NCBI RefSeq assembly: GCF_035084215.1
Contig: NC_090345.1
Coordinates: 14,322,001-14,386,000, forward strand
Length of the DNA stretch: 64,000 nt
Direction of reading: 5' to 3'
Source of the DNA: Heptranchias perlo
Taxonomy: Eukaryota
The translations under genes and the position numbers were made by a program. Below are positions 45,126 to 60,100 of the stretch, one piece after another; within the stretch, counting starts at the first letter, position 1; each line of letters opens with the position of its first letter. The notes below the pieces were generated by a model. The model searched no databases, had not been told where the DNA came from, and saw only the letters and a list, made by a program, of their open reading frames with translations.

Positions 45126-48100
45126 ACCGTGAATTTTTCATTAAATATAAGTAACTTAGTAAATAAAGTCAGGCGTCAAGTAAACTCTCTGCTTTAAAAA
45201 ATCTGGGTTTGTGCGTCGACCTGAAGGGAGAATTCCCCTCTCATTGAGGGGGGGGGGGATTAAATTATATTTTTTTATTTAAACATAAATTAATGCATAA
45301 ATAAATTATGCATAAGGCATTCTGGCCACTTTTTATATTTGATCCTACGTTGCTCTTTGTAGTTTTTGCGTTTTACTTCGAGGCTGAAAACTACAGATGA
45401 TTTTGGGAGCCCCGATTCTTCCCTTTTTATTACTGGTCCTCACATCAAAAATTTACTTTTCTTCAACGCACAGATTGTATTTGTTCTGTCCCTTTTATTT
45501 ATTGACGACGGGTCAGCCTTTGAGATCCTATCATTTGGATCTTCCTGGTACTGCCTCAGGTTAATAGGAAGCACCCTATTTCTAAATCTGTATTTTTTTT
45601 GCAACAAAATTTTGGTTCATTAATATGATCTGTTCAAAATACAATTTTCCATTCTTGTCTGATCCAGCTATTTTTTTGAGGCAATTTTGCTGGGAGAAAT
45701 GTTGTCAGTGCTAACATGACAGTTGCTTTAACTACAGGCTGTAAGGGAGAGTTGGATGGAATATCTGGGCGATGTAATGCGCCTTTGTTTGAAATATGTA
45801 ATTTAAGCAGATCTCAAGTCAACAAAATTGCATGTTTTAAGGATTATCAAAGGAATATGTTAAGTAAAATGGTTCATGTACAGAAAGGATAAATAGGACT
45901 GTAGAAAGGGCTTGAAACCAAAAGTGGAAGGGGAGGATCTGTATGGAAATAATAATTTTCTAAAATAAGAAAAAGAGAAAGAAGTGATAAAGGTAACATA
46001 AAGGTAATGGAGGGAGATATCAGGAAACTACAGATCTGTCAGTTTAACATCAGTTATGGTGAAGTTACTAGAATCTATTATCAGGGATAGTGTAACAGAG
46101 CATTTGGACAACCAGAGAGTCTGCATGGATTTGTGAAGGGTAGGTCATGTCTGACAAATCTAGTTGAATTTTTTAAGGAGGTCACTAATATGGTGGAGAA
46201 TGGAGTGTCTATGGATTTCCAGAAGGCATTTGATCAGGTCCCGCAGAAGAGATTATTAGCAAAAATGAGTGTGCACGGAATTGGATATAATCTTGTAACA
46301 TGGTTTGGTAATTGATTGGGAGGTAGGAGACAGAGAGTAGAGCTAAAAAGAATGTACTCTGATTGGCAGTATGTGCCAAGTGGTGTTCTTCAAAGATCTG
46401 TACTGGGGCTTCTATAGATAATATATCTCAAATGAAGGAATAGAGAGTGGTATATCTGAGTTTGCAGCAGACACTAAGTTAGGAGGCTCAGTAAGTTGTG
46501 CAGATGGGAACAGGAAGTAACAGGGGGCCATAGACAGATTAACTGAGTGGGCAAAATTGTGGCAGATCGAGTTCATTGTGGGGAAGTGGTGATGTCATCC
46601 AGGTTAGATCCAAGAAAAAAAATCAGAATATTTTCCTAATGGCAAGAGACTAGGAACTGTGGAGGAGCAAAGCAAATTGGGCGTTATAGTACACAAATCA
46701 CTGAAAGCTAGTGCACAAGTCTTAAAAGTAATCAAAAATGGCTAATGGAATGTTTGTCTTTATCTCAAGGGGGCTGGAATACCAAGGGGAGAAAGTTACG
46801 CTTCCATTGTACAGAGCTGCAGTCAGACCCTCCCTCCAACTATATAAACTCCCTCAAGTTTAGATGGTTGAAGGGTGATCTAATTGAGGTGTTTAAAATG
46901 ATAAAGGGATTTCAAAGGTTAGATACAGAGAAACTCTGTCCTCTGGTGGGGAAAATCCAAAAAAGGGGGCACAATCTTCAAATTAGAGCTAGGCCATTCA
47001 GGAGTGAAATCAGGAAGCACTTTTTCACTGAGTAGTGGACAACTGGAACTCTGCAGAAGCCTGTGGACACTGGGTCAGTTGATATTTTCAAGACCGATCG
47101 CTAAGTTTTTGTTAGGTGAAGGTATCATGAGATTATGGATAAAAGGTGGGTAAATGGAGTTGACTCAGATCAACCACAATTTGATTGGCAGAACAGTCTT
47201 GAGGGGCTGAGTGACGTACTCCTGTTCCTATGTACATTAAGATCCTAATAATTTTGTCATGGGAAGAGAATCAGCAAGTTTTTTTTTTCAAAATTGATTC
47301 TAAAGTATATTCTTTGACTTGTGCTAAACGCTCAGTTTTTTGAAATCCTGCTAATAAATGACAGATGATATAGAAAATGCAGGGATCACATAAACACAGA
47401 ACAGAAATAAGGAAAAATGTCTAATCTACAGTACTTTTGAACATGTTTTTTCATTCCATATACTGAATATTCTGCGTAATATTGTTCAGAAGCCTTTCCC
47501 TTCCCGCCCCCTGTCCACACAGAAATGGTGATAACAGGCCCAGAGTACAGGTCAATGGCTATCAGTCACCCTTTTGTACCTCGCCCAAGCGGACACTGTT
47601 CTGAGTGTATCAGCACACTGACCATGGATGTCATCACAGGCAAACTCAATCCAGTGCTCAGTTGATGACCTTGTGAACTTGCCAGCAAATTTATATCCTA
47701 CCTACAATAGTGTTTGTATCCACATTAAATCACAAAGCCCCTGAGAATTGATAATTGATGTTTTAATGTATGCATGTTGTTACATACGTATCATTCCCTT
47801 TTACAGTAAACCAGTTTTTCTTTGTATCAGCTGGGAGTGTTCTTTTGTTAGGAGGAAAACAGCTCTCTCTGTTGTGTACGTGTTCCATTCCTAGTGTGTG
47901 TTTTTGCACCCACCTGTGAGGCCTGGTGCACTTTACCACTTTACAACTATCACTATATTTGATCTAGATGTGACATGGTGGATTATGTGCATGTTGAAAT
48001 AATTAGGTTAATATAAAATCTTGGTCAACAACAACTTGCCTTTATGTTGTGCTTTTAACAAAAGAAAATGCCTCAAGTTGCTTCACAGGCGCACAGAAAA

Positions 48101-51100
48101 ACGAATACTAAACCAGAGGTGGAGTTATTAGAAAGAGTGACCCTTTTAAGGAGAGCCTTAAAAGAGGAAAGGAAGAGAATTTCAGAGTGAGGGGCCTAGG
48201 TGCCTGAAGGCTCGGCCACCAATGGTGAGTTGAAGGGCAATACAAAAGGGCCAGAGTCGAAGGAATGGAGAGTTTGGGGTGGAGGATGGGAAGCTAGCCA
48301 GGAGAGCATTGCAACAGTAGAGTCTGGAGGTAACAACGGCATGGATGAGCATTTCTGCAGCAGATGGGCTGAGGCAGAGGCGAATAATGTTTAGGTCGAA
48401 GTGGGCGATCTTTGTGACAAAGGCATGGGGCTGGATTCCCAGCTTGAGGGTCAAATTGGATGTTGCGGTTGTGAACAGTCTGGTTCAACTTCAGACAGTG
48501 GCTGGGAAGGGGGTGGAATCAGTGGCAAGGGTACAGAGTTTGGGGATGGGGCGGGGTGGGGGGTGGCCAAAGACATTGGCTTCAGTTTTCCCAATATTTA
48601 GTTGGATGTAATTGCGACTCATCCAAGACTGGAATTTGGACAAGCAGTCTGACAGCACAGAGGCAGTGGAGCTGGGCGTTGTCAGCATACACGTGGAAGC
48701 TGACCCCATGTCTTTGGATGATGTCGCCAAGGGGCAGCATGTAGATGAGGAAGAGGAGGGGGCCAAGTATAGATCCTTGGGGGACTACAGAAGTAATGTG
48801 GGGACAGTAGCAGAGCGCATTGCTGGAGATACTCTGACTACGATTGGATGGGTAATAGTGGAACCAAGCAAGGGCAGTCCGGTTGAGCTGACCAATGGAG
48901 AAGTGGTGTTGGAGGAGGATGGAGTGGTCGACCAAGTCAAAGGGTGCAGAGAAGTCCAGGAGGGATAATGAACCACAGTCACAGAGGATGTCATTTGTGA
49001 CTTTGGTTAGAGCCGTGCTGATTGGAGATTTAAATAGAGTTGCAAGAAAGTTGGGAGGTTCTGGAAGGAGAGAGGGGTCAGAGGTGGGGTTTTTAAGGAA
49101 GGGATGATGATGGTGTTTTTGAAAAGGAGGGGGGAAAGTACCTGAGGAGAGGGAACCATTTATGTCAGCTAGCATGGGGCCAGGAAGGGAAATTGGGTCA
49201 TCTGCAGTTCATTGGGAATGGTGTTACAGGAGCAGGTAGGTTTCCTGCATGAGATGAGCTTAGAGATGGAAAGATTGGAGTCGGGAGAGAAACTAAGGAG
49301 AAACACAGGTTGAGGGCTAAGAGGAGGAGCGGAAAGTAGCAGTGACAACTGAATGGATGGTATCAACCGTAGTAACTAAGAAATCCATGAGTTCCTTGCA
49401 CTTGTTGGAGATGAAGATAAAGGGGCTGGGGAGAGGGATTTAAGGAGACGATTGGTATGGGAGAAAAGTAGCAGGGTGGGGGACAGGAGGTTATCTTCGC
49501 TATCCTGGGGTAGTGGGCAGTTTTGGCAGAAGAGTGAGGCCGGATAGTGCATGATATGGTCCAGCCAGATCTGGTGTTGGATGGCTAACCAGTTTGTGCA
49601 CCTGGTACGCTCTGATCTGGGGCCCTTGGACTTGAAGGCGCAAGGCCGTACCAGAGGGAACAACCAAAATGGGAAAGAGTAAAGGTTTTGTTGGGGACTT
49701 GGGTATCGGAGGTGAAGGAGTGGTTGAGAAAATCGACAGGTGCACAAGTATCATAGCGAATGGAAGGCCAATAGCTTGGGAATTTGAAAGTACAGTTGTA
49801 AATGAAACAAAAACAGAAAATGCTGGAAACACTCAGCCGGTCAGGCAGCATCTGTGGAGAGAGAAACATTGGGTTTCACTTGATAACCATAACCCTCTTT
49901 CCTCAGATGCTGAGTGTTTCCAGCATTTTCTGCTTTTATTTCAGATTGCCAGCAACTGGAGTATTCTGCTTTTTGCACAGTTGTAAATGACTTGGGGAAT
50001 AGTTTTTTCCAAGGACACACGTGGAAGGAAGTAGGATTGGAAGAAGGAAGGGAGACATAAGCGGTGAGGCATACAAGGAAGTTATCGGAGATGGCCTTGT
50101 CTGTGATCACGGCCGAATGAGTGGCCCTGAATATGGAGGGAGAGGTTGAGGGAGGATGGGGGGCGGGGGGGCGCAGTGAATTCAGAGGAGAGAGCGCAAG
50201 GGGACCTGAGATGGGGATGGAAATCACCGTGGATGAGGAATCGCTTAGTGAAGAGGTTGAGGGAGGATGTCTGAGAAACTCTGGTTGGGGCTTGGTGTTG
50301 TAGACAATGCAGATTTTAAGTAAGATGTGACAGGGTGAAAAAGGGTGAGGTGCTCAAGGAATGAGAAGGTGTGACTTGGTGATAAGGGCCACGCCACCAC
50401 CATGGTAGTTTGGGCAGAGCAGGTGATGGAAAGTCTAATCAAACAGGGTGGCTTCAGTAAGGGACTAGGTGTTGCTACCTGTAAGCCAAGCTTCAGTCAA
50501 AACCTGGATGTCAATGCAGTCATCCATAATAAAGTTGTGGATAGCAAGGGCTTTATTCACAGGTGAATGGACATTCTGGAGGGAAATACTAAGAGCAGTG
50601 GTGATGGATTTAGTGGCAGAGTTCAAGGGGGTGGTGATCAGGAGGGGGAGGAGGTTTGCCCCAGACGGGTGTGCTGGGTGGGAAGCTCTGCGATAGAGCA
50701 GAATGGGGCAGTTGGGATTTCTGCTTGTATGGAGGCAATGACACGTGCTTACACAATGGGCCCCTTTTAAGAGGCACAGAGGGTAGCAATATATTTGAGA
50801 GATGAGGGCGAGTTATTTTAATGCAAAGGGGGTTTTGGTTACAATACAAGCAGTTGATACAATCGCTTACAGCCTGCTTTGGAAAACACCAACCTTTTTA
50901 TTTGAATTAGCTTTCTTAATTACTAAGAGAGTAACATTTAAAAGTAAAATCTGATAGTCAAAGCCATTCTTAATAAGTGGTGAATTGGGTAAGTCAGGAT
51001 CGGAAAGTTTTATTGCCTAACTTCATGAATGTTTGGTTACACTGAGATGTTTAAAATTGGTAAATGTTTTTATGTCAAGGATTTGGATTTTTTTTCAAGT

Positions 51101-54100
51101 TTGTTTAAAAGTTTGCACCATGTTTGCCATATGCGGATGCTTCTAATTATTAACAGTTTGCCTGTTTAATTACAGAGTTTTTGGAGGTTGGCAAGAAACA
51201 ACCTGCTCTTGATGTATTGTACGATGTTATTAAGAGCAAAAAACATCGAACATGGCAGAAAATACACGAGCCTATTATGCTCAAATACCTAGAGCTGTGT
51301 GTGGATCTTCGCAAGAGCCACCTAGCAAAGGAAGGATTGTATCAGTACAAGAACATCTGTCAGCAGGTATATTGCATTACTAGAATGCTGTGCACCCACA
51401 TTGAATTACTATTGTTTTGTGAAGCCCATGCTGATGTAATGGGAATTGTTAATCCAGTCGCTACCAAATTTTACTTTTTGCTGATGTTGTTTCTGAAGTC
51501 AGCAGACTTAAATTCAGCAAATAGCATTTTTAGTGGCCAATTGTGTTATTCAAAAAAAGTTAATTTTATTTATATAGTCCAAAAATCTTAATCAAAATGT
51601 TTTTGTCACTCTGGTTTTAGGTTCCAGTGTTCCACTTGTTGAGGTTTTTTTCTCTGTGCCTGGTTTGTGTCTTTTTTTCTTGTAGTACACTTTTTCCATA
51701 CAAAACGGTGCTAGGAAGCCTGAGTCATGCTGCATGTACACAGGAACGTACCCACAGCTCCATTAGCTATCGGTTTTAACATGACAGGCCTGGCAGAGTC
51801 TCTTTGGAATGTATTTTTTTTAAAAACATTCATTACAGTTTAGTTACTTCAATTTACATTTAGTAAAACAGCTTTTAATGCACCAAAATATCCCAAGGTG
51901 CTTCACTTAAGGGCAGAGAAAAATGGACACCAAGCAGAAGTTGGGGGGTAAAATGAAGGTTCTAAGGAGAGATGTAACAAGGGGGAGGTCTTTTTGGAAA
52001 GTAATTCCATAGTGTTGGACTGTGGTGGCTGAAGGTTATCTGTGGTGGACCAGAATGCAATGGGTGCACGGTGGACTAGAATCAGAGGAGCAGAGGATGT
52101 GAGATGGGATGCAGGACTGCAGCAGATTAGAGGTAGGGAGGGGCAAGGCAATTAAGTAAACTTTTAGTTGAGGATTTTGAAGTCGCTGAGATTGGACACT
52201 AGTGAGGGTCTGCAAGAACAGGAGTGATAGATGAGAGATACTTAAAATAATTTTGTATGTTTGTGCAATTCTTTGGCATAAACTTGAGGTTGCATGAAGT
52301 GGAGCTGAGGAGATCAAACAGGAGTTTCAGAGAAAGCAAACTTGGTGTAACAGAGTCACGGTGAAAGTTTCAGTGGCAGTGGGGATGAGGTAGGTCCAGA
52401 GGCAGAAGCGGGCTGTTTTCCTGGTGGATGGGATATAGGGTTTAAAACTGAGCTCGGTGATATGCTGGCACCAAGGTTGCATGCTGTCTGGCTCAGCCTA
52501 AATAGTTGACTAGGAAAGGGCGGGGGGGTTGCAGGGAGGGACTGTATGTGACACACACACTTTTTAACAAAAGAAACTCTTGATCTCATTTCACCTGCCA
52601 TTTGGGTTTCTGGATTCCATAGAATTGCTCAGCTAATGTTAGCTCCTGGACCTGTCAGCAAGCATTTAATTAAAAATAACTGAACTTGGCTTCCTCTCCA
52701 ATCTTGGGTGCCTTTTGAGAAGAGCCTTAATCACAAACTTCAGTATAGGTTGGTTACTTGTGGAGGAAATGTCCATCTATGCTAATAACTACCTCTTTTA
52801 ATGGTTCACTGAAATTCAAAAGTAGCTGATTATTACAAATTTGATGGCCCAGTGGCTTCAGTCGCTCCGGTAAGAAGTCTGAACTTTTGACTCGCACTGC
52901 CCAATAGGCACTTGAAGTTAGTGTGACTGGGGCACGTAACAATAGTACTCCCTTATGACCCTGAACCGTATATTCGCACGTGTACTACTTCAATCTCTCC
53001 AAAGGTGAACCAAGCCAGCCCTTGGTACAACCAGGCTTGAACCAAATCCTTAAACTGCTTTATATCATAGTAACGTGAGTATGTAGACTGGCAGTTATGA
53101 TCGGACTCACTTAATTCAGACAGTACAACTTATCTTGATGATGCAAGGCAAACGGGGGTGGTAATAAGACAAGTAATGAAACAAAAGATGGGTCTAGAGG
53201 AGCTATAAATGGCAATAGCAGAACCATTACCAGCACCTGCTGTCTGAAAAAAATGTGAGCATTGGTTATGATCTGAAGTTATTGAAATCAGTGTTGAGTC
53301 CGGAAGGTTGTAAAGTGCCTTATCGAAAAATGGGGTGCTGTTCTTCGAGCTTTCATTGAGCTCCATTGGAACAGTGTAGGAGGCTGAGGACAGAGAGGTC
53401 AGTGTGGGAGTGGGACGGAGAATTAAAATGGCAAGTGAATGGAAGCTCAGGGTCACGCTTGTAGCCTGAACGGAGGTGTTCAGCAAAACGATCACCCAAT
53501 CGTCATTTGGTCTCCCCAATGTAGAGGAGACCACACTCTAGCCTTTTAGCCTTTGACTGCCTCGCGATGTACATTTTAAATTTAAAAAACTTGACTGCCA
53601 TTGCAGCCTTAGCCTGACCTCCCTGCATCTGTCTGGGTGCTGGTGTTTTATCTCTTGCTGTTCACAGACAGAAAGGGATGGGCTGCTACATCCCCTGACA
53701 AGTAACCAGGACCAGTAACTCACCCAACACAATGGGTGCGATCATTTATTAATTACTGAGATAAGTTAACAAGCAGCTTATTATCCACACCTACTGGAAT
53801 GTCTTATGGTGTCTTTTTTCATTTGCTTTTTACAGGTGAATATCAAGTCCTTGGAGGATGTGGTTAGGGCTTATCTTAAATTGGCTGAGGAAAAGACTGA
53901 AGCTGCTAAAGGGGAGTCTCAGCAGATGGTACTTGACATTGAGGACTTGGACAATATTCAAACTCCAGAAAGGTAGGCTGTCACCAAGCGCACAATTTAG
54001 GCTTTGCCTCCAATGTAATGTGTATTTAGAGTCTGAAAGAATTGAAATTTGTGATAATTTGCCACATGCAGATCTCTTGTGGCGTTGCTCAAGGTAAATC

Positions 54101-57100
54101 GGGTGGTATGCTGTTAACAACAGAAGTAGTTTACCATGTAGTGCATATCTATTATTAATCTGCCAAGACAAATCTCCGTTTGAATTGGCTTGTTCCTTTA
54201 AGGCCAGAAAATTTTATTACTGTAAGTAAAGACAGCCAGCCTGAGGTCATTCAGAGCTTAATTGTTTGTTGAGGGAAATTTGAATGTCCTTGTCCATTGC
54301 TGGCTTTTGCTGAGAAGTATACAGCATTTAAGACTATTTTATATATGTAACAAAGTGAAATGTCTGCACCACACTCCAATTTGTAAAGTCTCTTGATCAA
54401 ATAACAGTTAAACAGTGAATGATCCAAGGCTCTGATTAAGTAAGTTTGATTTTTTTGGCCTTAAAAATGACCTTCACTGTACCAGCAGAATAATACATTG
54501 TACATTGCATGGTATAACAGCCCACAGGTGGTTCAGTAATATATTAAAAATTGTATATCTGCTTGCACAGCTGTATTATTTTAGTACATAGTTATTTTGC
54601 CTATTAATGTTTTTGAACATATACAAAATGGTACGTCTAACACAAACCAGACATCCATTGTATCTACTGTATTGCATTGTAGTGCCACACTTTTGTTACA
54701 GATGTAAAATGACTTTAAAGTGTTGGATGCTTTTGACTGGCTGCCTGAAACTGACTAGCACATTCCAATCTTCGAAGTTCTCTGACCAAACAGTTAATCG
54801 CTGATATGTGCTTCTGTTTACTTAACAATTAGACTTTGTGGCCTTAAAGGGGCACGACTTTATCATGCCAGAATAATGCATTGTGAATTACATGATATAA
54901 CACTCTATACTTATAAAACAGTAACTTCTGACTGACCATGAGCAAATCCGCTGGCGATCTGCTAGAAAGTATGTAAAATGTACAATTTCTGCAATTTAAG
55001 GGAGTTATTTGCTTTAAAAGGAACAGTAACTAGGCTGTATGTACATGGGCAGGCACGTTAACTCATTTTCTTTTATATGATTTGGTTTCAAAATTGAGTC
55101 CCTGGGACCTTGCTTTCTGCACTTCTGGGGCTGGCAAACTGAGTGCAAAAGATGCACTGGGGGTAATTTTATCCCTGAGTGAAGATTTCCTTTTCTATTC
55201 AAGCCAGTGAGAAGTAAAATTTGGTGTGGTATAGAACAGGCAGTCGATTCGCTATCACCCATGGATAAGTTAAATTTACCCCAATGTCTCCAAATCTTTG
55301 TGTTGAATTATGGCCATGTTATTTCAGTTGTGCACTCTTAATTCAAATTGAAATCTTGCAACAACAAAGCTTCCCCTTGTAAATGAATTGAAAATTTGTT
55401 GCTTAATTTGCATTGGTTATTGACCAGTGAAATCTGCAGCTTAAATTCAAATTCAACCTGGTTGAAGCAAACCAGAGCAGCTAACCTTCCTGGGCTATCT
55501 GACCTCGTCTAGTTGGAAGCTGCAAATGAATTCCTCAAAGAATTTGCAACCGACTTGTTTCTGCATTGTGGCTCAGCTGCATCAAAAACCATCACGTGAT
55601 CAAGTACAGGTTTACGCAAGGGGACAAAAGCAACGTTGGCATAGAAAACGTCGACAACAGGGTGAATAATAAAATTCCTGAAATGTTATCCCGTTAGAAG
55701 CTTGAAGACTTCTTCAATGCTGATGAAACAGACCATTTTTTATAAGCTGCTAGGTTTAATCAACGCAAAATGCTTGGGTGAGAAAAAAAAATCTAAGCAG
55801 TGAATTACCATCATGGTTTGCGCTAGCATGACTTGAGGGAGAAAAAGAACGCTGCTGCTAATTGCGAATTTAAAAAAAACCCAATGTTTTCATGATGTTA
55901 TTACTCGGTCTGTAACCTACAGAAACAAAAAAGGATGGATAATTGGTGCTCTTTTTGTGGAGTGACTAAATCCTTTTGACCGACTGCAAGGCAGGAAAGT
56001 CACGTTTATAGGTAACTGGGGCTCACATGAAATGCCTCCATTTAAAAATAGAATGCATTGTCAACTACTTTCAGCATTATAAATTCATCCTACCATCAGA
56101 GGAAGCAGCTGTACCTGACACAGTCAAGGATCCCACACAGGCATTGATGGCCAATTCTGAAGCAGTGCACCTCTTTGAGGGCATGGATTCTGTTTTGCTG
56201 CCAGCCGTCATGAGGTTGGAATCCATGTCAATGCCGTTGAAGTCCAGATGTGTGGATTACTGACTGATGTGGAAATTGTTGATGCTGTGTGGGAGAATGC
56301 TGCTGATAGAATAAGGAAAAAGCCCAAGTGAACGGATCTAGTGAACAGAGGTAGAAGAACCAGCCCCTACTGTAGCCATGGCGTATAATTTTGTGCAGTT
56401 GCTGGCAATGTCTAAAATGACAACTAAGCCAGGTGTCCTGATGGATCTCTTCTCTGTATTATGTACTTTGCGGTCAAATGTGTTGTTGGCAGGAAGCAAA
56501 CTACAGTAAAGAGTATTTTGCAAAATGACTGAACTTTGTGTTGTTCAGCTTGTACAGCGCTCGAGTGTTGGATCACATGAATGACATTAATTGCTGTGAT
56601 GTTTTGTGCTATTTTTAGTGTTTGTTTCAATGGCCTGTAAATTGCTTCGAGTGGCGAACCACCATTGGTCGTCACTCATTAGATTTAAATGCACTCACTA
56701 AGTTACCACGTTCTTTTTGGCGGCAACTTCCTTGAACTGCGAGTTCAAGTAACATTGACATTCTTTCCCTGGCTGTGTGAGTGGTGAAAGGAGGCTAAGG
56801 CCCTTCAACCAATAAGCTTGAAGCAAGCTGCGCTGAGAACCAGGAAGTGCAGTTCATAGACAAAGAGCACAGACTAAAATCCTGGATGTGCCCGATAAGG
56901 TATTATAAAATGACATAGCGCAATAAAGAGAGGATAAGATTAAAAGACTGAGATAAAAGAGAAAGAAGGAAAAAGTAAAAGCAAAATGTTTTTTAATTTT
57001 TAATTTAAACATTTTTTAAAAAAATATCCAAGAACTCCTGAAATCAGGAGCAATGAGACTCCACATTTTTAAATTAGTCTTTAGTGCCAGTGAGGTTGTT

Positions 57101-60100
57101 TGGCCGTCATTGAGACTTACCACGCTGTCAAAACTTAGTTTAGACTTAAAAAACTGAGCGTACCCATTTTGTGACGATATTAGCTCGTTTCCAGCTGGGC
57201 AGGAGAGCACGTTGGCGCTGTTACGTTTATTCTGTTGATTGCAGCCGGCGATGTCCTTTTTAAGGCGAAGTTGTCAGATCGCCGGCGAACCAGGAAGAGC
57301 AAGTTCTGGATTTCCGCGTTTGGCTGCATGTGTGCGGTCGCCGGAACTTGCGCTTCGATTTCACCACTAATGACGGTGAGCGGAAATTGCTTTATTTTGA
57401 AAGCAATTTCCAGCCCGTTAAAATTATTTAATTTGAATTACTGGACAGTTCAATTTTTTTAAGCCAAAATTACCCAGAATTGCATGAGTAGAATATAGTA
57501 GTTTTCACAATGCATGTTAATTTGTTTTTCCTGTATTAAACGATCCGTTTTTGACAGTGTTGTAATTATATATTTTTTTAAAAGCTGGCATAACAGCAGC
57601 ATCCTTTCTGTATCATCAAATGGTATTAGAGTTGCATAGAAGCTTCTGGACTGAGTAAACTTATGGGACTGAAAAATATATTTATGGCACTTGCATTGAA
57701 TATTTATTTATTTGCAGTGTGCTGCTTAGTGCTGTTAGTGGCGAGGACACCCAAGACCGTACAGATCGGCTGCTGCTAACTCCATGGGTCAAATTTCTTT
57801 GGGAGTCCTACCGACAGTGTTTGGATCTGTTGCGTAACAACTCTAAAGTGGAGCGCCTTTATCATGACATTGCCCAACAAGGTAGGGTTTCTTCGGTGAT
57901 CTTGATTTTCTGTCTGCCCTGTTCCCATATCCCTTTATTCCCCTTTCATTTGACTACTTATCTAATTCATTCTTAAATGTTGACATGATCTCTGCTTCAA
58001 TTACTAACTCCTGTAGTGCTTGCCACAGCCTCAAAACCCACTGTATATAAAAGTTTCTCCTGATCTCTGTCCCAATTTCTTGCATTTAATGTTATGTCTA
58101 TGTTCCTTCATTCTAGATACCTCAGCCACTAGATAGTCTCTTTCTATCTACCCTGTCTAATCCCATTATAATTTTATATATCTATTCAAGTCACTTCTAA
58201 ATTTCCTGTTCAAATGCAAAAGCCCCAATTTTTCAAGTCTGTCTTCATATTTATATTTCCTCATACCAGGCAAAATCCTAGTGAATCTGCACTGTACTTC
58301 CTTGCCTCAACATGCTTCCTGTAGTGTAGAGCCCAAAACTGCAGATGGTATTCCAACTGTGTCTTGCTAAAGTTCTATATAGCTTCACCATTACATCTGG
58401 AGTTTTATATTTTACATCTGCCATAATACCCAGTATTCAATTAGCTTTTTTATGACCGTACCTGTTTGAAGTGCTGCTTTCAATGTCACGTGAACCTGAA
58501 CCACAAAATCCAGATTTTGCCAAAATGTACTACCTCATATTACTGACATTGAATTCCATCATCTTATCAATATCCCTTTACAGTCTCCTTTTAATCTTCA
58601 GAATTATTTATTATGCCTTCTGTTTTAGTATTGTCTGTAAATTTGGACACCACTTTCTCTAGCTCTATGCAAATAATTGATGCACATAGTGAACAGGAGC
58701 ACTGGGCCATCACTACCACTTCCAATCACTGAGAAACTGCCCATAACTCCTACTCTGTTTCCTCCCTTCTAACCTAAGAAGTTGTGTACCAAGAACAATA
58801 ATGCTAGAAACAAATGTGGTAGTCAACTTGTTAATTAAATCATGTCTGTGAAATGAGGACAGTGAAGTATAATCAAACTTTTGGAATTTTATTTTCCTTT
58901 GATAAACAATTTTGTTTGCTACCACTTTCAATATATCTGGTATTTTTTTTGTCTTTTTTCTTGATTCCCTGCAGCATTCCACAATTGTACGGATCCTATT
59001 AAATGCACAAGAACAAGTTTGGGGTATCCTCTCCTTGTCCTCGTTTAGGGACAACCTCATAATGTGCTGCATTTACTATTTTTGTGTTTTTTTAAAAAAA
59101 AGTAACCATTTGCTGCTGTTCTGCCATTGCTGAACTTTAATCTGTTGTATTTGGTACTGGAAGTTTTTGAAAATTACTTGTACGTCATCAAATTCCTTTG
59201 TCTTTTTTGCAGCTTTTAAGTTCTGCCTGCAGTATACCCGTAAGGCAGAATTCCGCAAGTTATGTGACAACTTGCGTATGCACTTGGGACAGATTCAGCG
59301 TCACCATAACCAAAGCACAGCTATCAATCTTAATAATCCTGAGAGCCAATCCATGCACCTGGAGACTCGACTTGTACAACTAGATAGTGCAATTAGTATG
59401 GAGCTTTGGCAGGTAACAGATGAACTTCATGAAATTCCATTGGCTTGTCCATAACGAGTTGTATGATTTTTAAAGTAAGGCATAGCTATAAACATGTTGC
59501 TTAGTGTAAAACTGTACCATTCAGGGTGATGCAAATTACACTTACTGTGTGGATCCTACAATAATAAATGGAGTCAGGCAGTGAACATCTATTAAATGAA
59601 CACACAGGATCATTTCCCACTTAATTGCTATGTCTCACATCCACGAAAAATTACAGAATGAACATACAGCTGCACAAAAAGCAAATTCTAGATAACTATG
59701 AGCGGCACTTGTAGTTGTCTTCCTAGCATTCAGGGATGGATTGATAATGGAACAAGCATCTCCGTAAAAAAATCTTATTTTGTATCTGATGTTTTGTATT
59801 GACCTGGATTAGGGTACATATGTTCTGTCATTTGTTTGTCTCGGGTCCTGGCACTTTTTTAAAAATTCGTTCACGGGATGTGGGCGTCGCTGGCAAGGCC
59901 GGCATTTATTGCCCATCCCTAAGAGGGCAATTAAGAATCAACCACATTGCTGTGGGTCTGGAGTCACATATAGGCCAGACCGGGTAAGGACGGCAGGTTT
60001 CCTTCCCTAAAGGACATTAGTGAACCAGATGGGTTTTTACGATAATCCGGTAGTTTCATGGCTATCATTACTGATACTAGTATTTTAATTCCAGATTTTT

